NCBI GenBank assembly: GCA_043779265.1
Contig: JAYWEM010000097.1
Coordinates: forward strand, 1-21,433
Direction: 5' to 3'
Source of the DNA: a bacterium
Lineage (GTDB): Bacteria; Eisenbacteria; RBG-16-71-46
DNA: 21,433 bases
Position numbers and translations under genes: made by a program. The notes below the pieces were generated by a model that was given only the letters and a program-made list of their open reading frames with translations, was not told the DNA's origin and searched no databases. Below are positions 7,654 to 14,116 of the stretch, in pieces; position 1 is the first letter of the stretch, and each line of letters opens with the position of its first letter.

Positions 7654-10314
7654 ATGCGCACCCCGCCACGGACGGAACGCCGAGTCGGCCTTCTGCTCAC
7701 GCTCGCGCTGCCCTTGCTGATCCTCGCCACCGCCTCGGCTGCATGGGCGGCCAAAGTGACGTTCCGCTACCAACCGGTGATCGGCGGGGTCAACTCCGTA
7801 TCGGTGGCCGGCAGCTTCAATGGCTGGGATGCCGCAGCGAACCCCCTCGCCGACGCCGATCAGGACGGCGTCTGGAGCGCCGAGATCGAGGTTGCGGCAG
7901 GCCGTGTCGAGTACAAGTTCGTCGTGAACGGGGATCAGTGGTTCACCGACGACCACGCGGCCGAGACGAGCGACGACGGATTCGGCGGCAAGAACGCCAT
8001 TGTCGTCGTCGGCACCAAGGCGCTGATCGTCGGGCATGGAGCGGCGCCTGCGAAGGTCTCCGCACCTGCGGCCGGACTTCGCCGCGTCACCTTCCGCTTC
8101 CGGCCGACGAGCCGGCCCAGCGAGATCTCGCTCGCCGGCCAGTTCAACGACTGGGCGATCGGCAAAACGCCGATGACCGACCCCGACGGGGACGGCGAGT
8201 ACTCGGCGACGCTGCTGCTCTCGCCTGGCGAGTACATGTACAAGGTCGTGGTGGGCGCGAACGGCTGGACGCAGGACACCTCAGGACAGGACGGTGAAGC
8301 GGAGGACGGCTTCGGCGGCAAGAACTCGATCCGCCGCGTCGACGAGCGATTCGCGGCGATCGCCGTGAGGACCGGCGATGGCGAGGTGTTCGCCGACGGG
8401 GTCGAGCACACGCAGGCGGCTCAGGAGTTGAATCACAAAGGCGCCGGCCGGGTCGAGTTCACGGCGCGAGCCCATCGTGACGACATCCTCGGCGTCGACC
8501 TGGTCACGTGGTCGGGCAAGGGCTCGACCATCACTCCCATGCCGCGACTCAACACCGACCGCGTGTACGAGTACTACCGCGTCGATCTCACATTGCCGGC
8601 GGGCGAGGTCTCCTACGCCTTCCGCTATCGCGATGGCGCGAAGTCGCGGTGGCTGACGCCCAAGGGTCTTGCCGATTCCGACACCGAGCGCTTCCGTTTC
8701 GATGCCGCGCGCTTCCCCGCGTTCGTCACCCCCGATTGGGTCAAGAACGGCGTCATCTACCAGATCTTCCCCGACCGGTTCCGGAACGGGAAACCCTCGA
8801 ACGACCAGGACTTCAAGGAGTGGTACTACACGGGCAAGAAGGAGTTGCCGGCCTCGGGTCGCATCAACCCCGAGTTCCAGGAGTACTACCACCTCGTGAA
8901 GGACTGGAACGATCATTCCGTCCTGACCAAGGCCGCGCACACGCCGGACGGCCGTGACTGGATGGCCTTCTATGGCGGCGACATCGAGGGTGTTCGCCAG
9001 TCCCTCGACCATCTCCAGTCCCTCGGGGTGACGATCCTCTACTTCAACCCGATCTTCGAGGCCAAGTCGACGCACAAGTACGACAGTGCGGACTATCGCA
9101 AGATCGACCCGCACTTCGGCAGCAACGAGGAGTTCCGCGCCTTCGTGCGCGAAGCCAAGTCGCGCGGCATGCGCATCGTCCTCGATATCGTCTACAACCA
9201 CGCGGGCAACGGCCATGCGGCCTTCAAGGATGCCGTGGAGAAGGGGCCGCAGAGTCCCTACTACTCGTGGTTCGACTTCAAGCAGTGGCCGCTGCCGGCA
9301 GGGTGGCCCAACGTCGGACGGCCATGGAAGCCGGCGGACTACTACGCGTGCTGGTGGGGATTCGGGGATCTGCCGGACCTCAACTTCGACCTCGCGCGCT
9401 ACGGTGGCGCCGAGCACGCCGTGCGCGACCTCTCGGACGCCACGCCGAACATCCAGCTCGTCCGCGAACTGCTCGACACGACCGAGTTCTGGCTGAAGGA
9501 CATGGATTGCGACGGCGTCCGGCTCGACGTGGCCAACGAGGTGCCGCTGTGGTTCTGGCGGCTCTTCAATGAGCGCGTCAAGAAGGTGAAGCCGGATGCC
9601 TACATCGTCGGCGAGCTGTGGGGCAATGCCTCCGAGTACGTTCGTCCGGGCCTCTATGACGCCGTGATGAACTACGCCTACTTCCGCGACCCGGTGAATC
9701 GCTTCCTCGGCAAGGGGCAGGGCACCGGCGCCGAGTTCGATGCCGCGCTCGCCACCGGCCGCCTCACCTATCCCAGTCAGGCGGTCGAGGCGCAGATGAA
9801 TCTGATCGACAGCCACGACACCGTTCGCTTCCTCACCGACGTCGGTGGCGACGCCCGGCGCCTGATGCTGGCCGTGCTGTTCCAGATGACCTACGTCGGA
9901 GCCCCGGCGATCTACTACGGCGATGAGGTCGCCATGGAGGGTGGGCGCGACCCCGACTGCCGTCGACCGTTCCCGTGGGACTTCGAGAAGGACGAGAAGC
10001 GCATGCAGATGCTGCGGCACTACCAGAAGCTCGGGAAGCTCCGTGGAGCGCACCCGGCGCTGCGCACCGGCGAGTTCCACACGCTCTCGGCCGAGGGACA
10101 GACCTTCTCGTTCACGAGGCGTCTGGGTGACGAGGAGTTCGTCGTCGTGATGAACGCGGGTCGCACGGCGGCACCGGTGTCGCTCGATCTCGCGCGCTGG
10201 GGTGGCAAGCTGTCCGCGACCGACGCACTGGATGGCCAGCGCGTGAACTGGTCGGGCAAGGCCGCGCTGACGCTCGAGCCGGTGAGCGGCCGCATCTTCC
10301 GCGTCACTCGCTGA
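7654..10314 (+). CDS. Exported GH13 alpha-glucan hydrolase (neopullulanase/cyclomaltodextrinase/amylopullulanase-like) with two N-terminal CBM48-like domains, 886 aa
   Basis: RBS GGAGG at 7641-7645 and ATG 7654; signal peptide ends ASAAWA. GH13 motifs PDWVKNGVIYQIFPDRF, YGGDIEG, DIVYNH, DGVRLDVANE (nucleophile), VGELW (acid/base), LIDSHD and YYGDE...DPDCRRPFPW. Confidence 0.95.
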   Translation: MRTPPRTERRVGLLLTLALPLLILATASAAWAAKVTFRYQPVIGGVNSVSVAGSFNGWDAAANPLADADQDGVWSAEIEVAAGRVEYKFVVNGDQWFTDDHAAETSDDGFGGKNAIVVVGTKALIVGHGAAPAKVSAPAAGLRRVTFRFRPTSRPSEISLAGQFNDWAIGKTPMTDPDGDGEYSATLLLSPGEYMYKVVVGANGWTQDTSGQDGEAEDGFGGKNSIRRVDERFAAIAVRTGDGEVFADGVEHTQAAQELNHKGAGRVEFTARAHRDDILGVDLVTWSGKGSTITPMPRLNTDRVYEYYRVDLTLPAGEVSYAFRYRDGAKSRWLTPKGLADSDTERFRFDAARFPAFVTPDWVKNGVIYQIFPDRFRNGKPSNDQDFKEWYYTGKKELPASGRINPEFQEYYHLVKDWNDHSVLTKAAHTPDGRDWMAFYGGDIEGVRQSLDHLQSLGVTILYFNPIFEAKSTHKYDSADYRKIDPHFGSNEEFRAFVREAKSRGMRIVLDIVYNHAGNGHAAFKDAVEKGPQSPYYSWFDFKQWPLPAGWPNVGRPWKPADYYACWWGFGDLPDLNFDLARYGGAEHAVRDLSDATPNIQLVRELLDTTEFWLKDMDCDGVRLDVANEVPLWFWRLFNERVKKVKPDAYIVGELWGNASEYVRPGLYDAVMNYAYFRDPVNRFLGKGQGTGAEFDAALATGRLTYPSQAVEAQMNLIDSHDTVRFLTDVGGDARRLMLAVLFQMTYVGAPAIYYGDEVAMEGGRDPDCRRPFPWDFEKDEKRMQMLRHYQKLGKLRGAHPALRTGEFHTLSAEGQTFSFTRRLGDEEFVVVMNAGRTAAPVSLDLARWGGKLSATDALDGQRVNWSGKAALTLEPVSGRIFRVTR

Positions 10315-10320
10315 AAGCTG

Positions 10321-10370
10321 CGTCTGAGCATGCGGCACGCGGGCGACCCCGCGTGCCGCATGCTCAGACG
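10321..10370. terminator. Perfect 23-bp inverted repeat between convergent genes (probable bidirectional terminator)
   Basis: CGTCTGAGCATGCGGCACGCGGG (10321-10343), loop CGAC, CCCGCGTGCCGCATGCTCAGACG (10348-10370). No strong U-tract on either side. Confidence 0.7.
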
Positions 10371-11458
10371 GTGGCCGTCTCCGCTCGGAGGGACGTTTCG
10401 CTCGCCGGGTCGAACAGGTGGACCTTCGCGAGTTCGAATCCGAGTTCTCGTTGCTCGCCGACCTGAGGCGCCGACTGTCCGGCCACCCGTGAGGCGAGCG
10501 CTCCGAGCAGGCTCGTCCAGTGGACCACGGTCTCATTGCCGTGCGGCTCGATGACTTCCGCCGTCACGGCGATCGAACCGCCGGCACGCTCTTCGAGATG
10601 GAGGTCCTCGGGGCGGACCCCGCAGCGCACGGACTGGCCGGCTGTCAGCAGCCCCCTCGTCGCCGCGTCGAGTGCGACCCGCGTCCCGATGGCCTCGAGC
10701 GCCGCACCATCGGCGCTGACGCGCGCATCGAAGAAGTTGATGGGCGGGCTTCCGATGAATCCCGCAACGAACGCATTCGCGGGCTTGGCATAGAGCGTGA
10801 GTGGGTCGGCGCACTGCTGCAGCACGCCCTTCTTCATGACCGCGATCCGATCGCCCAGGGTCATCGCCTCGACTTGGTCGTGCGTGACGTAGATCATGGT
10901 CGCGCCGACGCGCTGGTGGAGCCGCTTGATCTCGGCCCGCATCTGGACGCGCAGCTTGGCATCGAGATTCGAGAGCGGTTCGTCGAACAGGAACACCTGA
11001 GGCTTGCGGACCATCGCGCGACCCAGCGCGACGCGCTGACGCTCGCCACCCGAGAGCTCCTTGGGCCGCCGCTTCAGGTAGTCGGTGAGGCCGAGCACCT
11101 CGGCGGTTTCCGACACCTTCTTCTGCACGTCCGGTTCGGCCACTTTTCGGCGGCGCAGACCGAACGCCATGTTGTCGAACACCGACATGTGCGGGTAGAG
11201 CGCGTAGTTCTGGAACACCATCGCGACATCGCGGTCGCGAGGAGGAACGTCGTTGACGACGCGGTCGCCGATCCGGACCTCTCCCTCCGAGATCTCCTCG
11301 AGCCCGGCGACCATGCGCAGCACGGTGGACTTCCCGCATCCGGACGGACCGACGAGGACCAGGAACTCGCCGTCCGCGATCTCGAGATCGACGGAATCGA
11401 CAGCGCGCTGGCCTCTGCCGTAGGTCTTGCTCAGCCTGACGAGGCGGACGACGGGCAT
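10364..11458 (-). CDS. Carbohydrate ABC transporter ATP-binding protein (MalK/MsmX/UgpC family), 364 aa
   Basis: Walker A GPSGCGKS, VFQNYALYPHM, signature LSGGERQR, Walker B FLFDEPLSNLDAKLR, YVTHDQVEAM, FVAGFIGSP, C-terminal TOBE. GGAG RBS precedes ATG 11458. Confidence 0.95.
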   Translation of the reverse strand: MPVVRLVRLSKTYGRGQRAVDSVDLEIADGEFLVLVGPSGCGKSTVLRMVAGLEEISEGEVRIGDRVVNDVPPRDRDVAMVFQNYALYPHMSVFDNMAFGLRRRKVAEPDVQKKVSETAEVLGLTDYLKRRPKELSGGERQRVALGRAMVRKPQVFLFDEPLSNLDAKLRVQMRAEIKRLHQRVGATMIYVTHDQVEAMTLGDRIAVMKKGVLQQCADPLTLYAKPANAFVAGFIGSPPINFFDARVSADGAALEAIGTRVALDAATRGLLTAGQSVRCGVRPEDLHLEERAGGSIAVTAEVIEPHGNETVVHWTSLLGALASRVAGQSAPQVGEQRELGFELAKVHLFDPASETSLRAETATV

Positions 11459-11473
11459 CGGGTTTCTCCAGAG

Positions 11474-11487
11474 TGGGAACGCTTCCA
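11474..11487. promoter_or_regulatory. Candidate LacI/GalR-family operator
   Basis: TGGGAACGCTTCCA is an imperfect 14-bp palindrome with central CG and TG...CA ends. It lies between the -10 box and the RBS of the ATPase gene. Confidence 0.6.
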
Positions 11488-11495
11488 GTGCGCAG

Positions 11496-11524
11496 AATGT
11501 AGCCCGAGCGCCGGACTGCGCCAA
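11496..11524 (-). promoter_or_regulatory. Candidate sigma70-type promoter for the ABC ATPase gene
   Basis: Minus strand reads TTGGCG (11524-11519), 17-nt spacer, TACATT (11501-11496). Confidence 0.5.
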
Positions 11525-11537
11525 GGCCGCCGCGCGC

Positions 11538-12197
11538 TCACGGCGCCTTCGCAGCCACCGCGCCCTTCGCCTTGAGCCGCTGGCCGATGACATCGACCGC
11601 GACATAGAGCCCGAACAGCACGACGGCTGCCGCCACGAACCAGATCAGCTTGTCCTTGAGCACGTGCGTCAGCGCCGCCGGGTCCTCGAGCAGACCGGGC
11701 TGGCTGCCCAGCACTTCGGCGCCGAACCAAGCGAGCACCCACGACCACAGGAACGATCCGAGCAGAGTGCTCACGGAGAAGGTGGTGAAGTTCATGCGGG
11801 CAGCCCCCGCGGGCAATGACACCAAGTGTCGCACCACCGGCAGCAGACGGGCGAAGAAGATGCCCACGGCACCGAAATGATTGATCCATCGCTCGGCCAA
11901 CTCCCACTTCTTCTCGGGCAGGAAGAAGTAACGGCCATACTGGATGATCAGCGGACGCCCGAGTCGGCGCGCCACGAGATAGGAGACGGCAGAGCCGAAC
12001 CAGGAACCCAGCGTCGAGGCGAGCACGACGCCCCAGAACGAGAGATGCCCCAACTTCGCCCAGTAGGCGGCCGGGGGCACGATGACCTCGCTCGGCAGCG
12101 GGAACACGGTGGACTCGATCGCCATCATCAGGAACACACCGGGATATCCCCACTCGAGCGTGAGGTGCATCCAGGAGGCGAACAGCTCGTGCAGCAT
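11538..12197 (-). CDS. DedA family membrane protein
   Basis: Motifs MAIESTVFPLPSEVIVPPAAY, GRYFFL, AVGIFFARLLPVVRHLVSLPAG; hydrophobic segments. Confidence 0.92.
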   Translation of the reverse strand: MLHELFASWMHLTLEWGYPGVFLMMAIESTVFPLPSEVIVPPAAYWAKLGHLSFWGVVLASTLGSWFGSAVSYLVARRLGRPLIIQYGRYFFLPEKKWELAERWINHFGAVGIFFARLLPVVRHLVSLPAGAARMNFTTFSVSTLLGSFLWSWVLAWFGAEVLGSQPGLLEDPAALTHVLKDKLIWFVAAAVVLFGLYVAVDVIGQRLKAKGAVAAKAP

Positions 12198-12208
12198 GGG
12201 GACTCCGA

Positions 12209-13078
12209 TCAGGGGGTGAGCGCAGGCAGCCCGCCTGCGATGCGTTCGGCCCAGGTGAAGTCGTCCGCCTTCACGGCGGGACGAGCGAAAGCGACCTCGG
12301 GGTCGTGCTCGAGGCTGATCCAGGCACCTTCGCGGACCGCCCGTTCGAGCAGCGACCGCTTCTCGGTCATCGTCTCGATCGCCGCGACGTCATAGCCCAT
12401 CACGAACGGGATGCGGACATGGGCCGCCGTCGGGATCAGATCGGCGACGTAGTAGAGCGTCTGCCCGCCGCTCTCGACGCGGACCAACTGCTGGCCCCGA
12501 GTGTGGCCGTCCGCGACGAACAACTGCAGACCCGGCCAGGGCTCTGCAGCGCCATCGACCCATTCGATCACTCCGGCTTGCGCGAGTGGCTCGAAGTGCT
12601 CGGGCAGATAGGAAGCGCGCTCGCGCGGGTTGGGCGTTCGCGCACTCTCCCAATTGCGACGCTGGATCCAATAGCGCGCGTTCGGGAAAGCCGGAACGAG
12701 TCGGTCGCCGACGCGCTTGGTCGCGCCGCCCGCATGATCGAAGTGCAGGTGCGTCAGGATGACGTCGGTGATGTCGTCCGGCGTCAGACCCGCTGCGGCG
12801 AGCGACGCGGCCAGTGACGGGGAGTCCTCGACGCGGAACAGGTCGCGGAATCGCTCATCCGACTTGTCGCCGAGGCCGGTATCCACCAGCACGCGGCGTC
12901 CGTGTCCCTCCAGCAGCAGCGTGCGCATCGCCAATCGGATGCGGTTCCGCTCGTCCGCGGGATTCGTGCGGTTCCACAGCGGCTTGGGCACTGAACCGAA
13001 CATGGATCCGCCGTCGAGCCAGAGTGCGCCAGCCTCGACCGTACGGGCCGTCCAGTCTCCTTCCAGCATCGTCGGCAT
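12209..13078 (-). CDS. Metallo-beta-lactamase fold hydrolase (YtnP-like)
   Basis: Motifs LDGGSMFGSVPKPLW, VLVDTGLG, THLHFDHAGG, GHTRG, ADLIPT, MGYD, EHDP. Confidence 0.92.
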   Translation of the reverse strand: MPTMLEGDWTARTVEAGALWLDGGSMFGSVPKPLWNRTNPADERNRIRLAMRTLLLEGHGRRVLVDTGLGDKSDERFRDLFRVEDSPSLAASLAAAGLTPDDITDVILTHLHFDHAGGATKRVGDRLVPAFPNARYWIQRRNWESARTPNPRERASYLPEHFEPLAQAGVIEWVDGAAEPWPGLQLFVADGHTRGQQLVRVESGGQTLYYVADLIPTAAHVRIPFVMGYDVAAIETMTEKRSLLERAVREGAWISLEHDPEVAFARPAVKADDFTWAERIAGGLPALTP

Positions 13079-13112
13079 GACAAGGACTCTGGCCGAGGGC
13101 CACCAACCGCGT

Positions 13113-13158
13113 CAAACGCCGAAGGGCGTCCGCGGTTTCCCATGGACGCCCTTCGGTG
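13113..13158 (-). terminator. Intrinsic terminator-like hairpin downstream of the DUF4114 gene
   Basis: Minus strand: CACCGAAGGGCGTCCATGG-GAAA-CCGCGGACGCCCTTCGGCG, followed by TTTG. GNRA loop; 11 nt after the stop at 13170. Confidence 0.65.
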
Positions 13159-13169
13159 AAGCCGGGGAG

Positions 13170-13934
13170 TCAGTTGCGGAAGCGGTGCTTCAGCGCGCCG
13201 AACGTCAGCGCGCGCGCCTCGGTCGCACCAAGCGCCTTCACCTCGAAGACGAGGTCATTGTAGTCATTGTCCGTCCCGGAGCAGCAACTTGTGATCGCCG
13301 CGCCGTAGTCGAGATCTTCGAAGGCCACGAGCCAGGTGTTGGCGCCCTTCCACTGCGAGACGTCGAACACGAGCGCCTGGACATCGCCATCGAGCGGCGC
13401 ATGGATCGCACCCGAGCCGTCGGCGCCAGGATCGTTGAGGAAGCGGTTCGTGTAGAACTTCTCGGGCTGCGGAGCATTGTGGCCGTTCTGCAGGCCCTTC
13501 GGGTCGAGATAGAACCCGAAGCGCGAGGTCCCCGAAGGGAACACCACGACGCGCATCGCACCGCTGCCATCGGGTCCGTTGAACACGACGCCGTCGTCGA
13601 TGCCGTCGATCACGACCGGACCACCGGTCTCGAGATACCACCCGAGGATGTTGAGATTGGCGTAGCCGGCGACTTCACGCACGAGCATCGCGGCGAACTG
13701 CGTGTCGATCCAGAAGAACGGATCGGGCTCGCCGACATCGCGGCCAACGTAGTCCGTCTACACGTTGATCGCGCCGGGGATCCCGACGTAGGTGTTGACG
13801 ATGTTCTGCAGCGTGTTCACCGGCGCATCCCAGCTCGACCCGAAGATGACGGGCACCGGCGCCGCAGCCTGCACGGGCGAGGCGAGTGCGCCGAGGAGCG
13901 CGGAGAAGATGAGGAGACGGGGAGCCAACGACAT
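13170..13934 (-). pseudogene. Secreted DUF4114-domain protein with C-terminal TFGALK motif, interrupted by an in-frame TAG at codon 59 (pseudogene, sequencing error or read-through)
   Basis: RBS GGAGG (13947-13943), ATG 13934, signal peptide MSLAPRLLIFSALLGALASPVQA. Track ORFs 13758-14012 and 13170-13688 share one frame, separated only by TAG 13758-13760. DUF4114-like WLVAFEDL...DNDYNDLVFEV. Confidence 0.7.
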
Positions 13935-14116
13935 GCGGTGATCCTCCGAAGGAAACCAAAGCAAGATGTCGATCTGGGAGCACCAGGACCAAGCGGGACG
14001 GCTCGATCGCATGACTCACGTGCATCCTGTGGGATGGGCGCGTATTCTGGGGTAGTGAAAGCATAGCCCACCACCTGGATACCGGCGCAAGGGGTTTTAA
14101 CCGGAAGGCATCCTGC

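Noticed and set aside
5500..8330. Recurrent DNA words (TACAAGTTCGTC, GACGGCTTCGGCGG) as a possible CRISPR or tandem repeat array
   Set aside because: Irregular spacing of hundreds of bases, degenerate at third codon positions, and fully explained by repeated CBM48 coding domains.
437..10536. Long minus-strand ORFs (437-1390, 1240-2907, 2793-4127, 4200-5396, 6185-7669, 8281-10536)
   Set aside because: Antisense shadows of well-supported plus-strand genes, typical of high-GC codon bias; no recognisable motifs.
13700..13760. Pyrrolysine/selenocysteine recoding signal next to the in-frame stop
   Set aside because: The codon is TAG, so not Sec. No pyl genes lie in the window, no convincing downstream hairpin was seen, and the protein is not a methyltransferase.
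14060..14090. Possible sigma70 promoter TTGCGC-N19-TATGCT (minus strand) for the DUF4114 gene
   Set aside because: The 19-nt spacer is outside the usual 16-18 range; too weak to list.
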